Assembly (NCBI GenBank): GCA_050184605.1
Contig: JBFXAE010000004.1
Span: 217,723 to 281,722 of the forward strand
Direction: 5' to 3'
Length of the DNA stretch: 64,000 bases
Source of the DNA: Hyphomonadaceae bacterium
Lineage (GTDB): Bacteria; Pseudomonadota; Alphaproteobacteria; Caulobacterales; Aquidulcibacteraceae
Below the pieces are notes generated by a model. The model saw nothing but the letters and a program-made list of their open reading frames with translations, was not told the DNA's origin and did no database searches. Below, in pieces: positions 31,244 through 41,207 of the stretch (positions are counted from its first letter, which is position 1; each line of letters begins with the position of its first letter). A program made the translations under genes and the position numbers.

Positions 31244-32416
31244 ATGAAATCTTTTGTCGCCGCCTGCGCCGCTGCTTTGCTGGCCGCGTCGTGCGCTACC
31301 ACGCCCGATATTCCCTCACAGCGCGAACGCCTGACGCGCCAAATCGCCGACGACGCGGTGGCCTTCAATGAAGCCTACGCGCAGGCCGTCTCGGCGCAAA
31401 TTCTGCTGAACATTCTCCGTTCGCGCGATCGCATGCCGCGTCACTACCTCGCCATGACGGGCATTTCCGATAGCCCATCTTGGACCACATCGCGCTCCGC
31501 CACGCTTGGTGGTGTGCCGCTTGGGGACATCGACTCGCCTTGGGGTTTCGGTGAATTAAGCGCCTCGCGCGAACGAACCTCTCGCCCAAGTTACGCTGTG
31601 CAGCCCTTCAGCGCCGAAACGCTAACCCGCACCGCTTTCCAGCCGACGCCAGCGAACGTCTTCGAGCACTATTGGTACAGCGGCTGGCCGCGCGATTTGT
31701 TGTTGTTGATGATGGTCGAGACGATCGAGAAGACCGGCCCCGACAACCACCTTTACACCTACACAAACGAAGCGAACACCATCTTCGACGATTGCGTCGC
31801 CAGCGTGCAAACCGAGGGGTGCGATTTTGTGCGCGAAGTACGCGCCTTCTTGGCCGCGGCGGACGAGCATCCGCGCCAGCGCGGTATCGATCTGCAAAGC
31901 GGCCGGCCGTTGTGCGGTCTCGTGGACGCCTACGGCCCGACAGCGCCGGTGAGGCCGGTTGCACCGCGCGAAGGCCAGGTCTGCGATCCGGTGTTTGTCG
32001 TGGGCGGCTACACGCTGCACCTGCGTCTGCGTTCGTTGGATGACATGGTTTATTATGTCGGCGAGTTACTGCGCGCCGATACGACGCGCGCTGGACCCGG
32101 CGCCGCGATTGAAGCGCAAGTTACAATTCGCGCCGCCGGCCTGCGCGGCGGCGGCCGTGGCGTGCCGCTCTTTCGCGTCGTGCCGGCAACAGGGAGCGGC
32201 CGCTACGCCGCCGAGATCGCCTATGGCGGCCACCGCTATCGCGCCGGTCCGGCCATTGGCCGTTCATGCGGTGACGAAACCGCCGAAGGCCTGTGCCGCG
32301 ATGTAGCGGACGAGGGTGATCGTTCGTCATCGGTGATTTCGTTGATCGCGGAAATACTCGCGCTCAATCAATCGCCGGATGCGATCCGCGCGCCGAGCCG
32401 GCTGATCGCGGAATAA
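31244..32416 (+). CDS. Hypothetical lipoprotein
   Basis: Lipobox LLAASC after a signal peptide. I recognise no domain. Confidence 0.6.
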   Translation: MKSFVAACAAALLAASCATTPDIPSQRERLTRQIADDAVAFNEAYAQAVSAQILLNILRSRDRMPRHYLAMTGISDSPSWTTSRSATLGGVPLGDIDSPWGFGELSASRERTSRPSYAVQPFSAETLTRTAFQPTPANVFEHYWYSGWPRDLLLLMMVETIEKTGPDNHLYTYTNEANTIFDDCVASVQTEGCDFVREVRAFLAAADEHPRQRGIDLQSGRPLCGLVDAYGPTAPVRPVAPREGQVCDPVFVVGGYTLHLRLRSLDDMVYYVGELLRADTTRAGPGAAIEAQVTIRAAGLRGGGRGVPLFRVVPATGSGRYAAEIAYGGHRYRAGPAIGRSCGDETAEGLCRDVADEGDRSSSVISLIAEILALNQSPDAIRAPSRLIAE

Positions 32417-32550
32417 CGCCATGTCTCAAGCATGACTGCGTTTGGTCTGGACGCGCGCGGCGTTCGTCGCAATCGCGCAAGCGTGAGGGGCGGCGCGCGC
32501 CCATGCGTGGTCTAAACGCGTCGAGACACCTGCAGTGACGGGAGAGGCGC

Positions 32551-32856
32551 ATGAAACGGATCATGCTTGCGGCGGCGGCTTTCGCGGCGTTGAGCGCGGC
32601 GTCGGCCTCGGCGCAGACCTATCGGACCTACCGCTGTTCGAACAGCACGGCGCTTCGTGTCATCTTCAATGACGAGCGCGGCACGGCGACCGTTGTTCCG
32701 TTCGGGCGCCCAAGCATCCGCCTAACGCGCGCCAGTAGTGCGGGCGTCGGTTTTCGTTACACGCGTAATGATTCGCATGAACTCAGCGGCAACCGCGAAG
32801 AAGTGAGGTGGCGCGCTGGTAGCGCCACTTGGACCTGCCGGCGCGTCGGCAGTTAG
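32551..32856 (+). CDS. Small exported protein, MliC-like (lysozyme-inhibitor fold candidate)
   Basis: Signal peptide ..ASASA/QT. A two-Cys pattern Y.C...L.V.F....A.V..... with GFRY and a terminal C resembles the MliC family. Confidence 0.45.
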   Translation: MKRIMLAAAAFAALSAASASAQTYRTYRCSNSTALRVIFNDERGTATVVPFGRPSIRLTRASSAGVGFRYTRNDSHELSGNREEVRWRAGSATWTCRRVGS

Positions 32857-32919
32857 GGTGCGCTTGAGACTTAAGGCTGCGCGTGTGAACATTGCGGCTG
32901 GCGATTCAGCGGAGCTTTC

Positions 32920-33411
32920 ATGCGCGGCACCATTCTCGGCATCCATGACGGACGCGGCGTTCTCCTCGGCGAGGGCGAGCGGCGGTTGGAATTTCCGCTG
33001 ACCGAGTGGCGGTCGGGCGGGTCGCCATATCCGGGCCAGATCGTCGACTATTTGGAGGAGGGCGGCCAAGCGCGCGCGGTGTTTGCCGTGCCTGGCATGG
33101 GCAGCGCCGCAGGCTTCAGCGCGCCCCAATCCAGCTCGCGCGTGCTCGGGATTATTGGCGTCATCTGTCTGGTGTTCGGATTCGTCGTGCCGCTGATACC
33201 AACGATCGCGGCCTTCGTGGTTGGCGTGATCGCGGCGGGCCAAGCGCAGCAGGAACGCGACGACACTTCACTACTGCTCGCGCGCATTTCCTGGATTGGC
33301 GCGATCGTGATGCTGGGCCTTGGGCTTTTGCTCGTGCTTTCGATTATCGCGTTCGTCGGCACGATCGGCTTTGCGGGTCTCTGGCACGGCTGGGGCGACT
33401 GGAACTTCTAG
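32920..33411 (+). CDS. Hypothetical membrane protein
   Basis: Soluble N-terminal ~70 aa followed by three hydrophobic helices. I recognise no family. Confidence 0.5.
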   Translation: MRGTILGIHDGRGVLLGEGERRLEFPLTEWRSGGSPYPGQIVDYLEEGGQARAVFAVPGMGSAAGFSAPQSSSRVLGIIGVICLVFGFVVPLIPTIAAFVVGVIAAGQAQQERDDTSLLLARISWIGAIVMLGLGLLLVLSIIAFVGTIGFAGLWHGWGDWNF

Positions 33412-34043
33412 AACTCGAAGGTCGTCTCGCTGCTTTCCACGAATGCGCGGATGCGATCATGCCGTGCGGCGGCTTCCTCTGGCCATTCGGCTTCCATCAT
33501 CGCCAGCAGCTCGAAGAGATTGTAAGGCCCGAGCGACGTTTTGAAGTCAGCGTAGCGCTCCTGAAATCCGCGCCAGGCGTCGAGGCTCGCATCGCGCTTC
33601 ACGATTGCCCACTTCGCGCCGTCTCGAATGATCAGGTGCAGGTTGTTGTCGCCGGGTGGCGCATCGATGCGCCATGGCGGAAAGCGCCGGTTCTCACCGG
33701 CGTGATAGAGGCAGATCGAATTGCCGGCCGGATCGCGCAGCCACGCCTCGCGCCAAAGCCAGCGTTGCATCATCAGGTCGCGCTCGAACGGGATTCCCGC
33801 CGCCTTTAGCCTTTCGATTTCAGCGTCGAGGCCCGTATTCGAAAGCTCAAAGTAGAGCTGCGGCGCATTCTCGCGCGGGATCGCGCCGTCAACGAGATGG
33901 AGCGAAAACGTCGCTTCGCCTTTGGGTAGCTCGAAGCGCGCGTAGTGGTCCGATTTCACAATGAGGCGCAGGCCGAGCAATTGATAGAAGGCAATCGATG
34001 CCTCCAGGTCGGTTGCGGCGGCGGTGATTTGGTTGAGGCGCAT
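33408..34043 (-). CDS. VOC/glyoxalase-family domain protein with C-terminal extension
   Basis: Trimmed to MRLNQITAAATDLEASIAFYQLLGL (VOC beta-alpha-beta-beta-beta pattern), with WLRDPAGNSICLY at the end of the VOC domain. Confidence 0.65.
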   Translation of the reverse strand: MRLNQITAAATDLEASIAFYQLLGLRLIVKSDHYARFELPKGEATFSLHLVDGAIPRENAPQLYFELSNTGLDAEIERLKAAGIPFERDLMMQRWLWREAWLRDPAGNSICLYHAGENRRFPPWRIDAPPGDNNLHLIIRDGAKWAIVKRDASLDAWRGFQERYADFKTSLGPYNLFELLAMMEAEWPEEAAARHDRIRAFVESSETTFEF

Positions 34044-34105
34044 CAGGTCAGCATAAGGTCCGAATTCGGCCAGCGCACGCGCGCGATTTGTTCCACACTC
34101 GCCGC

Positions 34106-34570
34106 ATGACATTCCAGATCACCGGCCTTGATCCCGCGCCCTTCGCGCATCTCCACGCCTTGAGCGATGAACAACTTGCGTCCGGCGGCATGAGCCGCGT
34201 CCGCGTCGAGCAAGAGAACTTCGCGCCCTGCCGCGTCTCGCTGGACGACGCGGAGATCGGCGAGGCTGTGATCCTGCTCAATTTCACGCACCAAGCCGCC
34301 GATACGCCGTACCATCAGCAAGGCCCAATCTTCATCCGCGAGGTCTCCGAACGGGTGGTTGTGCGCGACAAGATCCCGCCCGCGCTCGCCCGGCGCACCC
34401 TGTCGTTGCGCGGCTTCGACGCCGCTAACATGATGATCGAAGCCGAACTCACCGAAGGGGCGGAGGCCACCGCGCTCATTGAGCGCTTTTTCGCCAACCC
34501 GGCCGTCGCTTACATCCACGCCCACTACGCCCGCCGCGGTTGTTTCGCGGCCCTGATTGAGCGCGCCTAG
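34106..34570 (+). CDS. DUF1203-domain protein
   Basis: MTFQITGLDPAPFAHLHALSDEQL..PCRVSLDDAEIGEAVILLNFTH matches the DUF1203 pattern. Confidence 0.6.
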   Translation: MTFQITGLDPAPFAHLHALSDEQLASGGMSRVRVEQENFAPCRVSLDDAEIGEAVILLNFTHQAADTPYHQQGPIFIREVSERVVVRDKIPPALARRTLSLRGFDAANMMIEAELTEGAEATALIERFFANPAVAYIHAHYARRGCFAALIERA

Positions 34571-34649
34571 ATCGGCTTTCCGCACGGAGAACATTGCCAT
34601 CCGCCCGCGTCGGCGCCTCTATTGGCGCAAACATAACGGGAGGATCGCG

Positions 34650-36389
34650 ATGCACGATCTGGTCATCCGCAACGGCACGATTGTCGACGGCTCCGGCGCG
34701 CCGCGTTTCGTCGCTGACGTCGCCATCGATGGCGGCCTCATCACCGCGATCGGGCCGAACCTCGGCAAGGGCAAGGAAGAGATCGACGCGACAGGCAAGA
34801 TCGTCTCGCCCGGCTGGGTCGACATTCACACGCACTATGACGGCCAGGCCACCTGGGATCAGGAAATGGCGCCGTCGTCGTGGCACGGCGTCACCACTGT
34901 CGTGATGGGCAATTGCGGCGTCGGCTTCGCGCCCGCCAAGCCCGACAAACACGATTGGCTCATTGGCCTTATGGAAGGCGTCGAAGACATTCCCGGAACC
35001 GCGCTCGCCGAAGGCATGACGTGGAATTGGGAAACCTTCCCCGAATACCTGGACGAACTCGAACGCCTGCCGCGCACCGTCGATGTCGGCACGCATGTCC
35101 CGCACGGCGCGGTGCGTGCATACGTCATGGGCGAACGCGGCGCGCGCAATGAGGAGCCGACCGAAACCGACATCGCGCAAATGTCGAAGGTCGTGGAGGA
35201 GGGCTTGCGCGCCGGCGCGCTCGGCTTCTCGACCTCGCGCACGATCCTGCACAAATCCGTCGACCGCGAACTCGTGCCGGGCACAACCGCGACGAAGGAA
35301 GAGCTCATTGGCATCGGCCGCGCTATGGGCCGCGTCGGTCATGGCGTGTTCGAGATGGCGTCAGACTTGAAGCGCGAATGGAACGAGTTCGAGTGGATGG
35401 GCGAACTCTCGCGCGAGACCGGCTTGCCTGTCACGTTCGCGGCGCTGCAATCCATCGCCAAGGAGCTGCCGCTCCCAGAACAGATCAGCGAAATGCGCGC
35501 GCAGAACGCCAAAGGCGCAAACATCGTCGCGCAGATTGCGCTGCGCGGGAATGGCATCGTCATGGCTTGGCAAGGCACGGTGCATCCGTTCCGCTTCAAG
35601 CCTGCTTGGCTCGAAATCATCGACAAGCCGTGGGCCGAACAGCTCGCGCACTTGAAGGATCCTGCGTTCAAGCAACGCATGATCACCGAAGACAGCGTCT
35701 TCCCGGAGAGCGACGTCATCGGCTTGCTGATGATCATCGCCGGCGGCTGGTCGCTGCAATTCGAGATGGGACCGGACTTCAACTACGAACCCACGCAGTC
35801 CGAAACCATCGCCGCGCGCGCCGCTGCGGCGGGCGTTTCGCCGGCCGAGTACGCGTACGATCTGCTGATGCAGAATGAGGGAACAGGCTTCGTCTACTTC
35901 CCGATCCTGAACTACGCCGATGGCAATCTGAATTTCCTCGAAGGCTTGCAGATGTCGGACGATTGCGTGAATTCGCTTTCGGATGGCGGCGCCCATTGTG
36001 GCACGATTTGTGACGCCGCTTCGCCAACCTTCATGCTGCAGCACTGGGTGCGTGATCGAGCCGGCAAGCGCATTAGCCTCGAGCACGCTGTAAAGCGCCA
36101 AGCGCGCGATACGGCTGTGCTCTACGGGCTCTTGGATCGCGGCCTCATCGCGCCAGGCTACCTCGCCGACATCAACATCATTGATTTCGACGCGGTGAAA
36201 CTTGGAAAGCCGTGGCTCGCCTTCGATTTGCCCGCCGGCGGCAAACGTCTGCTGCAAAAGGCCGACGGCTACGTCGCCACGATCAAGTCAGGGCAGGTGA
36301 CGTTCCGCAACGGTGAGTACCAACGCGTTCATCCTGGCAAACTCATCCGCGGTCCGCAGACTGCGCCGACCGCGATGGCGGCGGAGTAG
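34650..36389 (+). CDS. N-acyl-D-amino-acid deacylase (D-aminoacylase) family amidohydrolase
   Basis: Trimmed to MHDLVIRNGTIVDGSG (SD GGGAGGA). The metal motif is GWVDIHTHYD. Confidence 0.85.
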   Translation: MHDLVIRNGTIVDGSGAPRFVADVAIDGGLITAIGPNLGKGKEEIDATGKIVSPGWVDIHTHYDGQATWDQEMAPSSWHGVTTVVMGNCGVGFAPAKPDKHDWLIGLMEGVEDIPGTALAEGMTWNWETFPEYLDELERLPRTVDVGTHVPHGAVRAYVMGERGARNEEPTETDIAQMSKVVEEGLRAGALGFSTSRTILHKSVDRELVPGTTATKEELIGIGRAMGRVGHGVFEMASDLKREWNEFEWMGELSRETGLPVTFAALQSIAKELPLPEQISEMRAQNAKGANIVAQIALRGNGIVMAWQGTVHPFRFKPAWLEIIDKPWAEQLAHLKDPAFKQRMITEDSVFPESDVIGLLMIIAGGWSLQFEMGPDFNYEPTQSETIAARAAAAGVSPAEYAYDLLMQNEGTGFVYFPILNYADGNLNFLEGLQMSDDCVNSLSDGGAHCGTICDAASPTFMLQHWVRDRAGKRISLEHAVKRQARDTAVLYGLLDRGLIAPGYLADINIIDFDAVKLGKPWLAFDLPAGGKRLLQKADGYVATIKSGQVTFRNGEYQRVHPGKLIRGPQTAPTAMAAE

Positions 36390-36410
36390 ATCAGCCACTG
36401 ACCTTGCCGG

Positions 36411-36992
36411 TCAGTTCGCGAGGAGGGAGGCCGCGAACGCTTGCATGGCGCGCGAGGCATTGATGTGCGGCGCTGATGAGCGCTGCGCCTTGGAGACGAC
36501 GAACGCGCCTTCGATCGCCACCAGCATGGCGGAAGCAAACACTTTCGCGTTGATGGGGCTCATGCCGCGCGCTTCGGCGGCGGCGGCGATCTCGCGCTCC
36601 CACAGCGAGAAGGCTTCGCCGACGGCGGCGCCGAGCTTTGGGTTGCCCTCGCCGAAACCTGTCGCAATCGCGGCCATCGGGCACGAGGCGACATAACACC
36701 GGTCTTTGCACTCTTTTGCGGTGGTTTTGAAAACCATCTCGATGAACTTGATCAGATCGACGCCGCTATCGTGCAGCCCGCGAAAGCGCGCGGCGACTTC
36801 GGCGCCGACGCGGCCGACGACCTCGATGCCGATCTGCTCTTTGCCGCCTGGGAAGTGGAAATAGAGAGAGCCGCGCGGCGCTGACGAGCGCGCCAGCAAT
36901 TCGGCGATGCCGACGCCCTCGTAGCCACGCTCGCCGAACAGATCGACGGCGGCGGCGAGCATGTCTTCACGAGCCGATGAAACTTTTGCCAT
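36411..36992 (-). CDS. TetR/AcrR-family transcriptional regulator
   Basis: Trimmed to MAKVSSAREDMLAAAVDLFGERGYEGVGIAELLARS (TetR HTH). Confidence 0.85.
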   Translation of the reverse strand: MAKVSSAREDMLAAAVDLFGERGYEGVGIAELLARSSAPRGSLYFHFPGGKEQIGIEVVGRVGAEVAARFRGLHDSGVDLIKFIEMVFKTTAKECKDRCYVASCPMAAIATGFGEGNPKLGAAVGEAFSLWEREIAAAAEARGMSPINAKVFASAMLVAIEGAFVVSKAQRSSAPHINASRAMQAFAASLLAN

Positions 36993-37011
36993 GACCCAAA
37001 AATAGCACTTG

Positions 37012-37056
37012 TATGACGACCGGTCTAGTGATATCCAACAAATAGACCGGTCATCA
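37012..37056. promoter_or_regulatory. Candidate TetR operator (15-bp inverted repeat)
   Basis: atgacgaccggtcta-N15-tagaccggtcatcat, with 1 mismatch. It lies in the divergent region between the TetR gene and 37093. Confidence 0.5.
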
Positions 37057-37092
37057 TAGTTCGGCCGGTCCCTCATCTCCCCGGAGGGTCAA

Positions 37093-37407
37093 ATGAAGAA
37101 TTTTGTTATGTCTGCCATGGCGTTAGCCGCTGTTCTGGTCATCCCGAGCGTCGCCAATGCCAACGATCTCACTGCCGAACGCAACCAGGCGATCGCGCTC
37201 TGCCGGGCGGAAGTCCAAGCCCAGGCCGGCGCCGACGCCACGGTGCGGCTCGACCAAATCCGCGTTCGCCCGCGCGTTGTCCGCGTCGATCTCGATCTGT
37301 GGCGCGGCGGCAATCTGCAGAACGTCCGTTGTGACGTGCAACGCGGCGAACAGCTGACGATCGCTTCGATCACGCCGGCCGTGCGGACCGCGCAACTCGC
37401 CCGATAG
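37093..37407 (+). CDS. Small exported hypothetical protein
   Basis: Signal peptide ..VANA/ND and two Cys residues. SD GGAGGG. Confidence 0.55.
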   Translation: MKNFVMSAMALAAVLVIPSVANANDLTAERNQAIALCRAEVQAQAGADATVRLDQIRVRPRVVRVDLDLWRGGNLQNVRCDVQRGEQLTIASITPAVRTAQLAR

Positions 37408-37542
37408 CTCCTGCCCTGCACGAAGCGTCCTCCGCCTCCCGCGTGGACGTGTAACCTGGCGCCTTCCGTTCCCCGGAAGGCGCCACTTTCTTCCGAGCGA
37501 ATGAATTTGCGCGAGACACGTCGGCGCCCGTAAGCAGCGCGC

Positions 37543-38145
37543 ATGGAGATCAAGACGCTTTTCGTCACCAAGCTTTATCGCGCCGAGCTCGCCGGCGTGG
37601 ACAATGCGGCGCTGCTGAAGAGCTGCCGGGCGATCGCGGAAGATGATGTCGCCGGGCAGGGGTGGAGCAGGGCGCACGGCTATAAGGGCTACACCTCCTA
37701 TGCTTCGCTGGATGATCTGCCGAAACGCGATCCAGACTTTAACACGCTGGTGAAGGTGTTGGATAAGCACGCAGCGGTTTTTGCGCGCGAACTGCATCTG
37801 GATCTTGGGCGCCGCAAGCTGAAGCTCGACTCGATCTGGATCAACGTGCTTGAGCCAAACGGCGTTCATGCCGGCCACATCCATCCGCATTCGGTGCTGA
37901 GCGGGACGTATTACGTCGATGTGCCGAACAATGCGTCGGCGCTGAAGCTCGAAGATCCGCGTCATGCCATGATGATGGCGGCGCCCGGACGCACGGAAGA
38001 TGCGCCGGAGAGCGAGCGAAGCTTTGTCTACATCGCGCCGAAGGCCGGCGAAGTGCTGATGTGGGAAAGCTTCGTCCGCCACGAAGTGCCGATGAATCAG
38101 GCGAAGAAGAGCCGAGTCAGCGTGAGCTTCAATTACGGCTGGTGA
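37543..38145 (+). CDS. TIGR02466-family (2OG-Fe(II)-oxygenase-like) protein
   Basis: The motifs ...HIHPHSVLSGTYYV... and WESFVRHEV match the family pattern. Confidence 0.6.
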   Translation: MEIKTLFVTKLYRAELAGVDNAALLKSCRAIAEDDVAGQGWSRAHGYKGYTSYASLDDLPKRDPDFNTLVKVLDKHAAVFARELHLDLGRRKLKLDSIWINVLEPNGVHAGHIHPHSVLSGTYYVDVPNNASALKLEDPRHAMMMAAPGRTEDAPESERSFVYIAPKAGEVLMWESFVRHEVPMNQAKKSRVSVSFNYGW

Positions 38146-38591
38146 CGCGCGGGCGCGGCCGGCGATCCGGGTTTGCTGAAATGCGCTCCGCGAAAGATCG
38201 GGAGCAGGGCGCGTGAGACGCGCTGGGTAGTGCCTTGGGATGCGTTGCACGTCGCCGTGCAACGCCGCGTGTCTTCACGCGCCCTGTCGTGGATCGTTTG
38301 GCCCGGATTGGCCAAGGGCGTTGCTACCGGCGTATCCAAGCGACTGAGCCGCCAGGCCGCCTTAGCGCCGTAGCCATGTGCCGGTGATGCGCGCACGAAC
38401 GTCCGCCGTTCGTGGACCCTGCGGTTTTCGCAGGCAATGTGGACGCCGTTCGCTTCACTCTTACGCTTTCGGCGGCGGCGTACCCATGAGGGCCTTCTCG
38501 CGCGCCAAAGCTTGGGAGCTTGCTCGGTGATGTTCGGCTTTCGCTTTTCATCGCCGCGACGCCACCGCGCCGATCCCGTTCCGCACGTTTC

Positions 38592-38606
38592 AAAGTTTCG
38601 GACGTC
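38592..38606. repeat. 15-bp direct repeat, copy 1
   Basis: aaagtttcggacgtc, identical to 38965-38979. Confidence 0.8.
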
Positions 38607-38867
38607 TCAGAAACCTCCCGTGTGCGGACGGAGGGATTATGCGCGAGCTTTGGGAGGGTGAGGATAGATTTCGGTGCGAGGGCCGATTTTGAAGGGCGGG
38701 AGCGGGATTTGGTGTGGGATAGATACCGCACGCACCTCGCCCCCGGGTGAGGGTGTGTGTCTCAGGATAGAGCCCTGCGTTCGATGCCGTGCTCGACCTT
38801 CTAGCGCCCGCCCTCATCCGGTCGCTTCGCGACCACCTTCTCCCGCCCATGCGGGAGAAGGGAAGTT

Positions 38868-38998
38868 CAGCGCGGGCGTTTTGGAGGCTGTGCCAGACGC
38901 GCGTGATCGTCACGGCGCCGTCGCTGACGCGATAGCGCAAGACGAAAGCCGATTTGCCAGACTTAAAGTTTCGGACGTCCGGGCTGCGCGAACCCCGC
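38868..38998 (-). pseudogene. ParE/RelE-family toxin remnant (C-terminal ~45 aa only)
   Basis: GSRSPDVRNFKSGKSAFVLRYRVSDGAVTITRVWHSLQ matches the ParE C-terminal pattern. The N-terminal half and the antitoxin are missing, and the frame runs into REP-like sequence. Confidence 0.45.
38965..38979. repeat. 15-bp direct repeat, copy 2
   Basis: aaagtttcggacgtc, inside the parE remnant. Confidence 0.8.
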
Positions 38999-40267
38999 TT
39001 AAGCCGTCGCAATTGCTGGCGCTTCGGGCGGGCGCCGTCCCATCACCACGAACGCCAGCGCCCCGATGCAGAACAGCACCGCGCCGATCGTAAGACCAAT
39101 GTCGTACGAGCCGGTGGCGTCGTGGATTTGGCCGAATGAGACGAGCGCGATCGCCGTCGATAAAGCGCCGGCCATGGCGATGACGCCGTAGATCGCGCCA
39201 TAATGCTTCAGTCCGAAACTACGGCTGATGAAGTAGGCGAAGAGATCGACCTCCGCCCCTTGCTGCGCGCCAATCATCCCCACCGCCAGCGCCGCGATCG
39301 CAAACGATGGCTCCGGCAGCATCAGCAGGATGATGCCAATGGCGGGCACCGATGTTGTTATCGCGCCGACCCAAGGGGCAGGGAAGCGATCGAGCGCAAA
39401 GCCCGTAAGCACGCGCCCAATCAGCAGGCCCGCCGCATATACGCTCATCACCAGCGCCACCGCGCCGTCATCGAGGCCGGTATCGCTCACCAGCGGCGCT
39501 AATTGTCCGAGGACGCCGGAGCCTGGAATGTTGATGCAGGCAATCGCCAGCACCAAAAGCCAGAACCGGTTGGTCCGCAGCGCTTCGCGAAGCGTCACGT
39601 CCGCGACGCGTGGCGCGTGTTCGTCAACGTCATCGGAAGCATGCGCCGCCGCTTCTCGCGCGCGGCCAATGAATGCGAGCGCCAGCGGAAGCCCAATAAG
39701 CGCCGTCAGCGTCGCCAGCGTGAAGAAGCCGGCGCGCCAGCCATGTTCGCCAATCACATATCCAAGCAGCGGCGGCGCGATCATCGCCGCGATGGAGGTG
39801 CACGCCGTCGCAAATCCAAGCGCGAGGCCGCGCTGGCGCGCAAACGTTGCGATCACCGGCCGCGTGTACACCATCGCCGAGGTGCCGCCGCCGAAAATGC
39901 CGCCGGCCACCATCAACAGCAGGTACACTGCAAACACACCCGGCTGCAGCGCCGTCAGCGCATACACCGAAGCGAGCCCCAACGCGCAAGCGATGGCGAC
40001 GCGGCGAAAGCCGATGCGGTCGACAAACCGCCCAATGATCGGAAGTGCGATGGCGCCGGTGACAAAGGACACCATGCCGCCAATGCCAAGATCGCCGCGC
40101 GACCAGCCGAACTCGGTGCGGATCGGTTCGATGAAAATGCTGGCGACGTAGAGATAGAGCGAAACGCCGGTGCCCATGCCGATGCCCGCGCCGAGCACGA
40201 CCCGCCAGCCGTTCCGCCATTCGGCAGTGTTCGTAGCGTGTTGGGAAGGAGTATTGGTTGCCGTCAC
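38999..40267 (-). CDS. MFS transporter
   Basis: Twelve predicted TM helices and an MFS loop motif (GRFVDRIGFRR). Confidence 0.85.
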   Translation of the reverse strand: MTATNTPSQHATNTAEWRNGWRVVLGAGIGMGTGVSLYLYVASIFIEPIRTEFGWSRGDLGIGGMVSFVTGAIALPIIGRFVDRIGFRRVAIACALGLASVYALTALQPGVFAVYLLLMVAGGIFGGGTSAMVYTRPVIATFARQRGLALGFATACTSIAAMIAPPLLGYVIGEHGWRAGFFTLATLTALIGLPLALAFIGRAREAAAHASDDVDEHAPRVADVTLREALRTNRFWLLVLAIACINIPGSGVLGQLAPLVSDTGLDDGAVALVMSVYAAGLLIGRVLTGFALDRFPAPWVGAITTSVPAIGIILLMLPEPSFAIAALAVGMIGAQQGAEVDLFAYFISRSFGLKHYGAIYGVIAMAGALSTAIALVSFGQIHDATGSYDIGLTIGAVLFCIGALAFVVMGRRPPEAPAIATA

Positions 40268-40382
40268 ACGCGCGCCTCAGCTGAAACTCGTCAGCTAGCA
40301 GGCGTGTATTACGGGCCTACGTCAAGCGCCGTGCGGTGTTTGAATGATGTTGACGCGCGTCAGCGATGACGGGCGTCAGGGT

Positions 40383-41207
40383 TCACGCTGCGGCGACGCG
40401 CGCGTTCACCGGCTTGCGTGCGACGCCGGCTTCCAGCGTGAACGTATCGCAACCTTCCGGCAGCGTTTCGCCCGCGCCCAAGAGCAGGACCCCGTTCGGC
40501 GTCAACGCATCCGCCACGCGGCGGAGCACGTCGATGCGCGTTTCATGGTCAAAGGAGGGCAGGACGTGCGCGAGCAGGATGATGTCGAACTGGCCGAGCT
40601 GGCCTGGGTGCTTCATCAGATTTTGCTGCTCAAACCGCACGCCCGCGCGCATGCGATCGGAAATGCGCCAGAGGTCGCCGGCTTTTTCGAAATAGGCGAT
40701 CAGCTTCCGGATCGGCAAACCGCGCTGCACCTCAAACTGGGTGTAGAGGCCAGCACGGGCTTTATCGAGCAGGCGCTCGGAAAGATCCGTCGCCACGATT
40801 TCGACCGCTGGGCTCAGGCCTTCGTTGCGCAATTCATCGACGATCATCGCTAGCGAATAGGCTTCCTGCCCAGTCGCGCACGCAGCAGACCAAATCCGCA
40901 CGCGCTCGTGCCCGCGCTGCTTCAGCGCAGCCGGCAGCAGAGTGGTGCGCAGCTTTTCAAACTGCGAGCGATCGCGAAAGAAGCGCGTGTCGCTCTGCGC
41001 GAGATTGTCGGCGATGGCGTTCCAGAGCGCGCCGTCCGGGCGGATGCGGGCCGCGCCGATCAGCTCCGGCACGCTGGCAAAGCCTTCGCGGCGCGCGAGA
41101 GGCTGCAAGCGAATAGAAATGGCCCCGGCCATATCTTTGGTCAGCACTGCGCCCGAGCGCGCTTTCACTTCACGGGCAACTAGCGCAATCTCGGCGTCGT
41201 TCAACAT
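40383..41207 (-). CDS. cheR: CheR-type protein-glutamate O-methyltransferase
   Basis: TRFFRD motif and SAM-binding VRIWSAACATGQEAYS. Confidence 0.85.
   Translation of the reverse strand: MLNDAEIALVAREVKARSGAVLTKDMAGAISIRLQPLARREGFASVPELIGAARIRPDGALWNAIADNLAQSDTRFFRDRSQFEKLRTTLLPAALKQRGHERVRIWSAACATGQEAYSLAMIVDELRNEGLSPAVEIVATDLSERLLDKARAGLYTQFEVQRGLPIRKLIAYFEKAGDLWRISDRMRAGVRFEQQNLMKHPGQLGQFDIILLAHVLPSFDHETRIDVLRRVADALTPNGVLLLGAGETLPEGCDTFTLEAGVARKPVNARVAAA

Noticed and set aside
37123-38262. 379-aa ORF antisense to the small exported protein and the TIGR02466 gene.
   Set aside because: Arg-rich shadow frame. The plus-strand genes have signal peptide and family motifs.
38146-38590. Possible tRNA, ncRNA or small gene in the long non-coding stretch (hairpins gcgttgcacgtcgccgtgcaacgc and cacgaacgtccgccgttcgtg).
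   Set aside because: No cloverleaf-compatible arms or conserved tRNA boxes are visible. No ORF has an SD or plausible composition. It is left unannotated because an sRNA cannot be excluded without expression data.
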